Assembly: GCF_000143415.4 (NCBI RefSeq)
Contig: NW_003314285.1
Coordinates: forward strand, 66,311 to 130,310
Direction: 5' to 3'
DNA length: 64,000 nucleotides
Source of the DNA: Selaginella moellendorffii
Taxonomy: Eukaryota > Plantae > Lycopodiophyta
Shown here piece by piece: positions 25,155-37,700 of this stretch; the stretch's first letter is position 1, and each line of letters opens with the position of its first letter. A program made the position numbers and the translations under genes. The notes under the pieces are model-generated. The model worked only from the letters and a program-made list of their open reading frames with translations, was not told the origin of the DNA and did not search any database.

Positions 25155-26285
25155 TTGAAGCCGAATGGAGGCGTGACAACCGGACTCGCTGGCGAATGTG
25201 CACTGTGTGTGCAGCGGATCGTAGCAGCAAGGCTACTCTGCCACTTACAGTTGGAGAGTGGCGCTGAAATCTCCCGGGACGCCAAGTGGGCTGCGTGTGG
25301 GTGGCGGAGTGGGCGGCGGAGTTGGCGGCGAAGTTACAAACTGGGTGTGTCTTGAAATGGACACCGATGCACACGAGCGCGAGTACGAAGCAAAATGCAA
25401 AACCTAACCTCACACGCGCGAAATGTCACGACGGTTGGTAATCCCGCCACGTCATCATTCCTCGGACTTGGGCGCCACCATTAATTTCTGGATCGGCGCG
25501 CGCATGCGTGAAATCCAAAAGAAATCCGCAACGTCATCATTCCTCGGACTGCATGCACGCGAAATCCTAAAGAAAGATCATGATTGGGATATCATTTAAT
25601 ACCCTCGCTATATTTATACCATGCATGATTGGATATTCCAAAGCATCTTGTATTTCCAAAAATGCCAGATGTTCAGCTAAATAAATTGTCAGAGGATTTG
25701 ATGTGACGTTCAAGCGTGTGGGCTCATGCAATTTTGATCCCAAAAAATGCACCAAAAAATGCTCGGCGTCATTTGGCGTTATCTCTTGAATGGCGTGGGG
25801 CCGCATGCCATTTTCAGGAGCACATAGGAGTATATTCCTAGAATATTCTGACACGCGCGAGATTGTTTTGAGTTTCCTGGAGATCCAACCGTTAGATCGC
25901 AACTAGATTTTACAGAATGGTATACAATGTCCTTCTTGATGACCCTGCAAAGAAGCATCTCGATTGGACACCACATGAGACCACACGAGCCTTACAATGT
26001 TTCAGGGGCATTTGCCATAGATCCGACCGTTATTTTGCTCCAAGATTCTACAGTTTGGTGTGCATTGACCTTTCCATCGACACTGCAAAGGGACATCACA
26101 ATCAGATGCCGGATCACAAGAAACCAACTTCACTAACTCTGGTTTCACCAAGATCTATGTAAGGAGTTATGAAATGAAAGGACCCTCTCTATTGAAATGT
26201 GTTTATGGTCCTAGGGGCATTGTGACATATCAAAGGATTTTGCATCAAGTTCTGTATTTGCATGTTTATCAAGCTACTGAATTGC

Positions 26286-26316
26286 TAAACCCTAAACCCT
26301 AAACCCTAACCCTAAA
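26286..26316 (+). repeat. Short plant telomere-type (AAACCCT)n / telo-box tract
   Basis: ctaaaccctaaaccctaaaccctaaccctaaa lies in the divergent intergenic region. Confidence 0.7.
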
Positions 26317-27611
26317 CATGTGGCAAATGCTGCGTGAAGAAAGATGCCCTTTCTGGGCAAATGCTGTAAGAGGCAGATTCCGAGCAGATGTATCTCAGGC
26401 CAGTGAAGGGGACAAACGAAAGCTAGCTATAAACATGACGGGATGCAAATAGATTACTAGGCTGGTCCTGCGAAAATCAAAAACCATAATTGAAAACATT
26501 GAAAATGCAAAAAGAAAGGTTTATAATATTTTTGAATTTTAAGCAACCAAATGAATGTAAGTAGGGCATGTGTTTGTAAGTTTAAAAATGCCTCAACCAC
26601 TTAAATTCCCAAGTAAATAAAGCTGTTTCTATTTTTGGTACAGGTAAACTTTATAGCGTGTGGGCTCATGCAATTTTGAACCCAAAAATGCACCAAAAAA
26701 TGCTCGACTAGCATTATTCTTTGAATGGCGTGTGGCCTTATATTGCCATAAATGGACGTACACACACAGCATAATTATTCCTTTACATGGCGAATAATCT
26801 TGGCGCGGATCGCTGACATGGCATGGCAAAGTTCGAATCACTGACATGGCACAGCTGGATCGAGGCAAGGACATGATGTGACAAAGTTCAACCTCCGACA
26901 GCAAAGTCTAGAAGCTACTCAGTTTGAAATTTGTCAGAGGAATCATAAGATCTGGTTTGTCAGAGGATTTGATGTGACGTTCAAGCGTGTGTTATTTTTG
27001 AATTCTCGAACTCATTCCTAGGTCTATCATTTTTGTGCGCCGTGTTCTTGGTTCCGCTGAGCACAGTGAGCGCTGCTTGTGTAAGCGGCATTGTGAGCTG
27101 TGGTTTATGCGTCTACAAGCGGTTGCGGCATTGCGAGCGCCATTGCGAGCGGCAGTTTATGCGAGTGGCAGTTTGTGCGAGCGGCGCTACGAGCAGTTGC
27201 GGTGTTGCGAGCGGCGCTACGAGTAGTTGCGGTGTTGCGAGCGGCACTGTCTTTGGTGTGGCTACCGCTTCCTCTTGATATTCGGCACTTGTGCTTCCTG
27301 GTATGTTCACCATGGAATGGTTTAGGACCACATTTAGAAATGGCATGAGGCCACATGCCATCTTGGGCCCTTGCAATTTCATGGCTAGCGTATTGTCATG
27401 TATATTTTTACTTGCCTGCAGCTGTGTGTATATCAAGATGGCATGAGGCCTCATGCCAATTTTGTGAATGCGAAATTTCACGTGGGTGTCAATAGCATGT
27501 TTGAATAATGGCATGTGGCCTCATGCTATTGAGGTTGTTTGGTATGTTATGATTTAGGCCATTCTCCAATCATTTTTTGTATGGTCTTAACTTCTTTTCT
27601 GCACTTTCAGA

Positions 27612-30600
27612 ATGGCCTTCAGGGTTGGGGAAAAGGTTTACATTTTGAATGGTGGGAAGAGAGTTGCAAAAGGGACCCTTGTGTCTATGGATTGGAACTT
27701 TGTTATACACTGTCAAAGGCTTGGGGAAGGCAATGCTGCTGTATCAGTAGAGACTGTCTTCGATGGGAATGTGGTCGCTATTGAACGAGGAGAGATGGTC
27801 GTCGGGGTAAATGTTGTTGTTGCCTTGAAAAATCTGTAGAAGAAAGCAGATGTTGGGGACAGCGCAAGTGCGACGCATGTTCCCTCCGTGGATCTTAAGA
27901 ACCGTGCTACATGGATTCAGGCAAAGGTGTTTCTAAATAACCCCGAGGGGGAGGTGGTAGCTGAGGGCTTAGCCATAGTTGTCGATCCAAGAGATGCGGT
28001 TGCTAATCAAGAATTGGGCTGGGATGATATTGGAGTTGCGATTTTAGAGGTTGTTGACACAGAAGAAAACAGTCTGACTATTGGAAGCATTGTGCGGTGG
28101 AAATTGAGGCACTTAGTGTTTGAGAATGTGAAGGATTCACAATCAAACACCACTACAACTGATGACAGAACATCTCTTCATGGGAAAAGAAAGTACACCT
28201 TCCTAAAGCGCAGCCAAAGGGATCTGAGCAACGAACCGAAAAGGCAGAAAATGGCGATGGAGGTTCGAATGGTCTCGACAGTTGCTTGTTGCAACAGGAG
28301 GTGCTGTCAACATGCTGATTGGGATGCTATTGAAGAGGAGAGAGCAAGATACAAGACATTGTCCTGGAAAGCAGCTCGCAATTTTGTGTATGAGGCATTA
28401 CGGTCATCTGTTGATGCTTCAGAACATCAGGTGGGGGGCATGGTCTTCCAGAGGGGTTTGGTCTGCATGAAGGCATGGAGAATCATTTATGGAGTCCCTC
28501 GAACCACATTCTACAGAATCAAAACTGAGTTCGAGGAACAAAGGGTTCAACAGGCAGTCCATGGGAATGACGGTACGCACAAAACCAGGGGTCATGTTGT
28601 ATATGGAGAGGCAATCTTCAAGAGGTTTGTCGAGACATGTAGCGAGCAGCAACCACATAAAACCCACCTCTTGGAAGATGGAACACGAGACACCCAACGA
28701 GTTCTCCCTTCCATGTATACCAAGGGGGCCATATTGGAAGATGTGAATCGGGAACTCCAGAGTAATGGCTACAGGAAGCTGAGCCAATCTAGATTTAGTA
28801 GATTGTGGAGCAACAGGTTCAGGGATGTGAGTATAGGAAAGTACTCCAGCTTTTCAAAGTGTGACGAGTGCACTGCTATCAAAATGGCTTTGTCGAAGAA
28901 TTCTTGCAGCGCTCAAGAGCGAGAGACGTTGGTTAGAAGGCGGCTCGACCACAACATCGAGCAGAGAAGCTGCAGGACTGCATATTATCATAACAGGATT
29001 CTCTCCATGGAGAGACCTGACTCTTACCTCTGCATCATCCACGACAAAATGGACCAGAAAAAGACGTGCTTACCTCGACTCAATCCTGCCCCCAAGGCAA
29101 TCTCTTCATCCATGCAGCTGCCTGTGTCTCTGTTTGGCATAATCGCTCATGGGCATGGTGCCCAGAACTATGGGAACTTCTTTGTACCTTTATGGGGTGG
29201 CGGGGGTGCAAACATGATGATTGCGTCCCTAGCAAAACACTTAAGGTCTCTGCAAAGTGTGCAGACTGAGCTGAACGGCCAACCCTTGCATAAGGCCCTT
29301 GTCGATCGAACCCCATACAGGGTTCAGCTGGAGGAGGAGCAAAGGCTTGCAGTATCGCGTGGGGCCCCATGCCATCCCAGTGAATATGTTGGCCGTCAGA
29401 TTGTAGGGTTATCACGTGAGGCCTCATGCCATTCCGACGAGGCTGGTCGCCCGGTGAATGCACAGCCTCATCCAAACGAAGCAGAATCTCAAGGAAGTTC
29501 TTGCGGCCGATGTGGCCTTCCACCCCATCTTCTGCTCCAAACAGACAATGCTGGCAGTGAGAACAAAAACATGTACGTCTTCGCGTACTTAGCGATGCTT
29601 GTTGCCAAAGGCATATTTGAAACGGTTAAACTTGGCTTTCTCATGGTTGGGCACACTCATGAAGACGTCGATGCCATGTTCAGTCACCTGGCAGAGTCCC
29701 TCCGGCGATCCAATGTCCTCACCCTCCCACAACTCTACAATGAATTCCAAAATTGCATCAAAGGCACTGTTGAAGCTGCACTTGTGACAGAGGTTCCAGA
29801 CTTTAAGGGGTTTGTAAGAGGCTACATCAGGGATGGATCCGAAACGCTGATTGGCCACTCCAAGCCTCTTCAGTTTCATTTCAGCATGCATGACGGTGCT
29901 CCAGTGATGAGGTACAAGATGAGAGAATGGGACACAGTGTGGCTGCCAGTGGACGGCATTGAACTCTTCAAGAGAGATCCCATAACTGGGGAACCTATGA
30001 TTCCTCAGGGTTCCCCACGGCCGATGCACCCGGATGGACTCAAAGACCAGGAAAGTATAGTGGCCGGGATTAGACAGCATATTGCCTTCTGGAAGAGGGG
30101 GTTGGTGTTTGGTGGAGAATCCTATTTTAAGAGGTGCAAGCCTTTGCTCGAATACTGGGAAAAGATTATATCTGCTATCCAAAATGGGCCAGTTGTATAT
30201 GAAGAATTGGAAGAGTCCTTTTGGCCAGAACCCAGAGCACCAGATAGTAGCGGAACAATGTCCTCTGGAAATGCAGTGACAGATAACGATGTTGAGGATC
30301 ACTATTGTGAGCCGAGGAACAAGAAGCCGGATTCAGCATTCAATCCAGTACAGGTCTGCAAAGGAATGGTCGTGCTTGTCAGACCCAGTAATAAAAAACA
30401 AATGATATGGGTGGGGCGCTGCATCACTGATGCAGAGGAGGACGCGGAAACTAACTCCTTCAATGTAACTGTGGAGTGGTTCAAGCCAAGTTCCGGATAT
30501 ACGAAGGATTGCCTAGAAAAGAGATGGGTGCTGAATCCAAGGGATCCCAGCATGAGCATATCGGTGGATAATGTTGTGCATGGTTGGATGCGGAAGCAGA

Positions 30601-30753
30601 GTGCCACCATCACCTTGCCAGACCATGCAAGAGATGCAGCAAGAGCATTCATAACCCGGGTTCAAGGTGAGATTCATTAATATTCCTTTACTAAGTTTCT
30701 AATGTATTTTATTTCAAGGTGAACAATCCGAATCTGAATCAGAGGAGGCGTGA
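27612..30753 (+). CDS. Sola-like (DUF7869-type) DDD transposase with one in-frame TAG at 27837-27839
   Basis: Motifs CCNRRC, FSKCDEC, IIHDKMDQKK, LQTDNAGSENKN and FLMVGHTHEDVDAMFS. ORFs 27612-27839 and 27888-30680 share a frame. Predicted 5'UTR intron 27301-27610 and terminal intron 30667-30718. Confidence 0.85.
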
Positions 30754-31739
30754 TGGCATGTGGCCCTTTGCACTAGTATATCTTAATACCGGTCTGAGAA
30801 ATAGAATGGCATGTGCCCTCAGGCCTTTTACTAAATCACCTTTGAAAGAAATGCAAGCCTCTATGTCGTAAAAAAAAGGTACTAGAGAAATTCCTTAATA
30901 ATATGAATGTTATTTAGTTTCATGAAAATACACTAAGGGTCAAATGAGTTAAATGACTTCTCCAGACTAGCGCGGTGACTTTGTGTCCAGACTGAGTCCA
31001 TCTGGTTGTATAATAAATCTCATTGTCAAGGTGAACAAGCCGAATCTGAAGCTAAAGAAGAGCGATGGCATGCGCGCACACACTATTTGTTTGTTCATTG
31101 AGCGTGTGGTGAGCTTTCCAAGATGAACGTCATTCCTATTAGCCAGACATATAACTTAATGGTGAGAACATTTAGATATTATTCAATGTTATCTTTTTCT
31201 AACGAATCTAATTGTGAAGGTGTAGCAAGAGGCATTGCTAGTCACCATGCCCCAGATATGTCTAGCCCCTGGACAAAAAACATATAATTTCACGTCATTT
31301 TCAAATACTTGAAAATTTGTACCTAGTCCCATTTTACTGAATAAATCCCACTTTAACGAAATAGAGCTTCTACGAAATAAGGGTCTAGTAAATCCTATAA
31401 GCACCAACTCCCCATATCCAACACCTATATGCAAAATGGTGTCAGATGGTGTCTGATATGATTTTGGCATACAAGTGGCCTAATATGAGGACGAAGGTAT
31501 GCCACTAACTAGAGTAGTATGGAGCTTAAGCTTAGACCCAAGTAAAATGCAAAACAAATAGCAACATAATCCAATAGGACTAGCACAAGAGGGCTTGCCA
31601 AAGGGATCTAACTGTACCAATCTCCTATTATTATAGCAGTAAAGAGAGAGTGTCTGTAAGGATTGGTTAACAAATGTCTTTTGATTTTTTTATATCCAAA
31701 GTCACATTTGCAATAATATTATTATTGGGGAATAAACAA

Positions 31740-32205
31740 TGATAACCTTGGCAAACCTAGTTACTCTAAAAGTCTTTTACAATCTAGCAATAATAAATCT
31801 TGCTTAGTGCATGTGAATGTCCACTTTAGAATCTTAGTGCAAGGTGTTGATAAAGATGTAGCATATGCTTTCCCATTTTTCTGGCATTTAATAAATTCTG
31901 GATATAGGCAAGAAAAAACATTTTGAATGGCAATTGTGTATCCTCCACTTTCTATTATGACTATGTACTCATTTGCAAGTGCAATAATACATTTTTTGGA
32001 AAAAACCTCACACTCAAGTGTTTGAGTCAAACTTATTTCACCCTGCTTTTGTTTAGAGATGATAGTAATAAATTTTAGTGTCTTACCTTTTCTTGTTGGC
32101 CTCCTATACATCTCTGTGGGAATAATATCAGGTTTGTTGCTCATGTCTCTAACTCTCCTCTTCTCAAGATTGAAACCAAATTTCTCAAGGCTTTCAATTT
32201 CATCT
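31740..32205 (-). pseudogene. Inverted fragment of MULE transposase 3' end (SWIM region)
   Basis: ORF 31761-32144 is homologous to 42980-43360 and 45770-46180. Confidence 0.85.
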
Positions 32206-33926
32206 ACAACTCCGAAGCATCTTCAAAAGACAGTGCTCAAGGATTTTATCGCAAGCAGTTTACTTGATTCGGACTGCAAGAATACTCAACTGGATGAGGC
32301 TAGCTTGCGAGAGTTACTATGACACGTGCAACTTGCAACTAGCCTCAGAAGGTATGAAAATATTACTACATACTTTTCAATAATATCTCTCTTTTATTTT
32401 ATTTTATTTTATTTAGGATAAAATCTTGGATGTGTGAATCTCGAGAGGGGAAACTCCAATAAAAAATTGACTCAATCCTTGAACTAAAACAAACATATCC
32501 CTATGAGTTTATCCATGGGATTTTATTTCTAGATCAAGTTGTTAGTGAGCAAGAGCACCCCTTCATTTTCAAAATGTTTACTATAGGCCCCGCCTCTAGT
32601 ATGGATCTTGTTTCCCAAATGGATATGTTTGGGTCAAGTGACCTTGCTAATGCATGGGTACATTTTGACGGGGATGGTCCAAAGTTGAGTTGAGCTCATG
32701 AGTTGAGCTCAATTCAACACAAGTCAACTCAAGTCAATATAGTCAATAAGAAATATTACAAAGGAGATCTAAATTGAACAAATGAAAGTTCTAGCAAACT
32801 TTAAAATATTAAAATACGTAAATATCTAAGTTAAAAGTTTCTATAAGATTGAATTGTTTAAAAAAGACAAAGTTCATGAGAACCTATCTTTTATAAAACT
32901 ATATTATTTTATTATGACAACTATTACAGCTGTCATATTTGATTTGACTACTTAATATTTTGAATACTTTTACAGCTGTAGATACTATTCCTTCATTCAA
33001 AAGATTTTTTAGGGTTCTTGAGAAGATGGGAAGCAAGGAAAATACAAGATCTGTGAGTAAGAGTTGTAGTGCAAAGGAATGTGAGAATGTTAATTTTGTT
33101 TCACTACCACAATCTTCATATTACACTCCTGGTCCTTATTACCCATCTGGGAATGTAGAGACCACTATCACGATTGATAAAAATGCTCCTGTTACTTCTG
33201 AAACAACAGTCCAAAGCAAGAGAAATGAAGAAATGAACAGCACAAGGGAAAGCACCAAGAAATCTACTCCATAAAACTTTCCATGACATTTGTAATTTAC
33301 ATATTAATTCATATTAAAAACTCTATTGCTTGCCTATATCACAATCCTCTCATATGATAAGACCAAGGTATATTTTGCAGTGAATCCTCATTAAAATTTT
33401 TTGGGAATTGTTTGTAAATAATGATAAAAGAAATCAAAATCTTTTGAAAGACTCAAAAGTAATATCACATCAAAGAATCAACTTTATCTACATTTCCAAG
33501 ACTAAAAGGCAATCTCACATGAGAGAATGGTAGCGTGCCAACGTGCTCTACCACTATAATGTGGTCTATATTTCCTTGCAATTTATTTCCCTAGACATTT
33601 GGCATGTGTAGAAAAGAATTTATGTGTAGCAAAGTAGGATTCATCATAATGATAGAGCATGTGATAATCTAAAATTCTAGAAGCTCTTATGTTTACAAGA
33701 AAGCTATGATTATGAAGCCCCATTTCCAAAACTGACATTTAAAGAATCTGAGTATTGTCAGTGTCATAATAAATAAACCTCATTCCCAAGAATCTGAGTA
33801 TTGTCAGTGTCATAATAAATAAACCTCATTCCCAAGACTAAAACTTAGTATATAAACTATCTAGAAAAGTTATAGTCATTGTAGGTTTTTTGTTCTTCTT
33901 GAGCTCCTTAGAAGTTTATATTGAAA

Positions 33927-34363
33927 TGGCTCAAAGGAGACGCATTGCTAATCATACTTGGTCCCCCAGCATTTCATATCAATCTCCACCTCCATCCCCA
34001 AATTCTACCAACATTCCACCTTCACCTCCACATAACAATCCTTTTTCTACTGAGGGCTCTAGTGAAGCTGAATTAGAACTCCCTATATGTGAAATTCTAG
34101 ATCTTGCTACTAGAGAGGGATTGCCTCTAGCACTTCAAGAGCAATGCCACATGTTTTTGCAAGATCTTGCTCCTGACATGGTAGGACTACTTGAAAGCAC
34201 AGAATGCTATTACATTCGGTGTCCAATATGCTACTTTTTCTTGGACAAGACAAATGGCTCTATGGGTTTACAAACTTTTCTTGAGCACTGTAAGAATTGC
34301 CCAACGGTAGGTCTGGAAAATGTGCACGTGTGGATGTATAATAGATTCAAGAATGAGTTATAG
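33927..34363 (+). CDS. Small zinc-finger protein (CPIC-x-GLQxxxxH-x-H, zf-XS-like), MULE cargo
   Basis: Intact ORF from MAQRRR with a Pro/Ser N-terminus and CPICYFFLDKTNGSMGLQTFLEHCKNC...H. TATA-like sequence upstream. Confidence 0.55.
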
Positions 34364-34764
34364 ACACATACCCACTATCGCTTCATGGTGAGGAACAACA
34401 TCCCCTTGGGAAACACTGCATTGGCTAGTGCAAAATATGGGGTTTTTAGGCCACCCTATAGTGGAATGTAAGATTTAAAATTACTTTACTATACTATAGT
34501 ATTGTCACTATTAAAAGAAAAAATATAATAAAATGATATTAGTTGTAGGTAACATACCTTGTTCTAGAAGGTGCTATCATATCACATACAATTGTTTACA
34601 AAATGTTGAAGGAGGAGATGGCAACACACAAGCGCTACAAAGTGATGGTGACAAGTGAGAATGATAATCTATAATTATGGTATCTGACACTGACATTGAC
34701 ATCTGACAATTTTACTAACATCTGACACTTTCACTGACATCTAATATATAACAATCTTTCCATT

Positions 34765-37700
34765 TTATATAAGGATGCAATTAACTTTCTTCTGCCTCAT
34801 CATCAACATAATGATTTCTTTTATACTTCCTCCTATATTGGTATTGTGGGGAAGATTCACCTTGCATATGTTGAGCCATGGCTTCTGCATAGTCAGGGAG
34901 ACTTCCAAAGCCTCCAATTCTAGAAACTCCAAGTGACTGTGATCTATAAAATAGAATGAAATATATATTGAAATTTTAATAAACATAATTTACCTCCTTG
35001 AGGTTGAAGGCAACTCACAAAATCCTCTGAGCCAGCGTTTGAAGAAATGATGTTCTTCAATAGCAAACACCGACTTACCAGAGTCACGTGCTGCCTCCAC
35101 CATAGAACCGCTACCTGCTATGCAATCAATCACAACACCATCTGGTGGGCAATAGAGCTCAAGCAAGACTTGCATTGCCAATGGAGTTCAGAATCGGTAC
35201 CCTGGAAACCTGTTGCGGATCTGCTCATCCACAAGGTTGGGTATGATGTTAGTGGAACTGTCGTACCCAGGCAAAACACATGCTGCATGTTCGCTATCAC
35301 GAAACCCATCATGTGTGTTTTTGCAGAAGGCATGATAAGTCCATATTATAACCTGGAAAATAAAAATGTTTAGAAATTAGATAAAAATATAAAATACATA
35401 CTCACCTTTTCAAGCTTCCCTTGGACGCCCTTCGTATCAACGCCAATAGGATCCATGATGCACCCAGAAGAGAATGACTTGAAATGAACTTCTGCTGCGC
35501 ACGTCATAAGCTCATACATCTAGTTGGGGTCGTTCGGTAGGATGAAGATGACATGGCCAGCTTCGAGCATAAGTGCTTCGGACAATAGGAATGCATTGCA
35601 CAAGTGGTCAGGTGTGAGAAAGTTCCAATCCTCAACTTTCCCATCGATATCTGAAAGACCATCTGGAAAGTCGAAGAGAATGACTGGGAGCACGGGCCTT
35701 TGTATCTTTCGGCACCAACGGTTGAACTGGCAGCGTATATCCATGTTGATGTCGTCTCCCGTGAAAGATATCAATAATCTACTATAAGAGCCAATGAAGA
35801 TACCCACAATGCCTCGTTGTGTTATTGGGGACATAGGACGGACCTATAAAAGAGCTAAGTGAATGAAAAAAGTAATAAATAGTATGATACCGTTATATGG
35901 CGTGTTGTCGATGAGAGTTCCTCCAACTCCTCTTCACGAGCATCTCGTCGAGCTGGAATGAAATTACTACCAACAGTCATTGCTGCAAAAAACATGTATT
36001 ACCACCTTTAGTTTGTAAAATTCACTTTTGCTTACCTCGAGGTTCGACGTGATATTCTGTGAACCACTTGATCATCGTTATTTACTGGTAGAACCTGATC
36101 CGGATCTTGGTTGTTTGATGGTTGAATTGGAGCCTATTCCTGACTGTCTGGTGGTGGAACATGAACTTGATCTGGAGCTTCCTCATCCTCGTCTCCATCG
36201 TCATTTGCATTGCCATCGTTGCTAGCATTGATAATTTCCTTGCGATCTAGTGTAGAGGTCTCCTTCCCTAGGAGCTCCAACTCCCAAGGGCATTCTATCT
36301 TCCGTGCCTTTGGAACTCTCACAAACATTGTTGGGTACATTCCTCCATCCCTTATACCCTTTGCAACAAATCGAGTGCAAACTGGTGCCTCAAATGGCAT
36401 GCCTCTATATCGAAGATACCTGTAAACAATATATATTAAAAAAATAGTCTTAGAAATCATATTATACCTATAAGCTGCACGTCGCATGAAATAAGGTTGA
36501 CCATGTTGTCAATCATAAGTTGTTGTACTTGTAGACTTCTCTGGCAGCCACCCCTCTTTGATCCCTTCCAATGACGTGTTGATGTAGGTGTCGAAAGACA
36601 TGAATGTGCCATCTGGATCGTCACCAATGTGTGGTGCCAAGAACTTCTCACCTTCACTTATAGTTTGCGTGATGTAGACAGCCCTTATCATCATGTTCTC
36701 AAATAGTTCTGGCAGTCCTTTCTCTCTGTTCATCAAGTAGACATTGAGGAACTTCAGAGTCTCTATCTATTGCTTATATGAAAGCTTCGATTTTGCGATA
36801 TTGTAAATCATGTCATCTGGAGTTTTGTTCACTGCAAAAGTAACATATGCATAATTAAGAAAAATGAAGTGTAATAAATAACTTACATTCATGAGAAGAA
36901 ATTTTGGCTATAGTCTCTAGCCACTCCTTTGGCCTGCGATTGTCTGCAATGCATACTAGTTTCTTCAACTTTGAGGACTTTGCATGTTGAATTTTGTGCT
37001 CAATTTGTACAAACTCAGCTGAGAGCTCTTCCCAACTCTTCTCTGGATATGCAAGTTCATAAGCATCTTGCTTAACCTTCACCGAAGGCTAAAAACCAAA
37101 ACAATTAAAAGAGGCTTTTATAAAATAAAAGGGAAAGACATACCTTACACCACACAGCGGGCATAAAATTGATTGGGTTGTTGAACCAAGTTGTACCGTC
37201 ATTTCGAGTGCGTGAGTGCCGAACAAGTGTTGCGAGATCATCACCATAATGTTGGCGGATGTCATCCTCACTCAAGTCTGCCAAAAATCGAAGTTGCTCG
37301 ATGTCATGGACAAGATTTTGTTTTTGAACAGCGAACTGCCCAAGCCTACATTTAAACACAACAAAACAAGTTAAAGTGGAGTTAGAGGTAAAATTATAAA
37401 ACTTACGCATTGATCTTTTGGCAGGCCAAGATAAGTCTGTTGACATCCAAAGGTCCCCTCGCGTAGACATGGCCGACTGGAACGTTGATATGATAGACGG
37501 GATCATCGCGAAAATGATCGTCAATACACTTCATCCAAGCTCCATATCGGTGGTTACCGTCAATAATTTGGAACATTGTCCCCGCAAGCTGTCGAGTCTC
37601 AGGATGTCTGATAAGCATGTCATCAAATTCTAGGGACTTCCTCCTCCAAATAGGATCCCAGCTATTCACAATCTCGGGTGTGACAGTAATGATCTCTGTT

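Larger units (their letters stand above)
19477..31085. repeat. Dispersed 20-bp palindrome TGGCRTGWGGCCWCAYGCCA (~20 copies)
   Basis: Copies start at 19477, 20554, 20629, 21861, 22052, 22193, 23692, 24969, 25029, 25106, 25791, 27341, 27439 (perfect), 27509, 29355 and 29412. Weaker copies at ~25712, ~26653, 26726, 30754, 30807 and 31066. Confidence 0.9.
19104..31369. mobile_element. Sola-like DNA transposon (~12.3 kb) with cargo gene
   Basis: Perfect 24-bp TIRs AAGCTCTATTTCGTTAAAGTGGGA (19104-19127 and 31346-31369). 4-bp TSD CTAC (19100-19103, 31370-31373). The flanks rejoin into an LTR matching 8806-9121. Encodes a DDD-type transposase. Confidence 0.9.

Noticed and set aside
26286-26316. Chromosome end or fusion site
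   Set aside because: Only ~4 units, internal to a transposon; better explained as a telo-box tract.
29589-30302. 237-aa minus-strand ORF
   Set aside because: Antisense to the transposase, with no recognisable motifs.
19477-31085. 20-bp palindromes as a CRISPR array
   Set aside because: Spacing is irregular (tens to thousands of bp), copies lie in introns and exons, there are no cas genes, and the context is eukaryotic.
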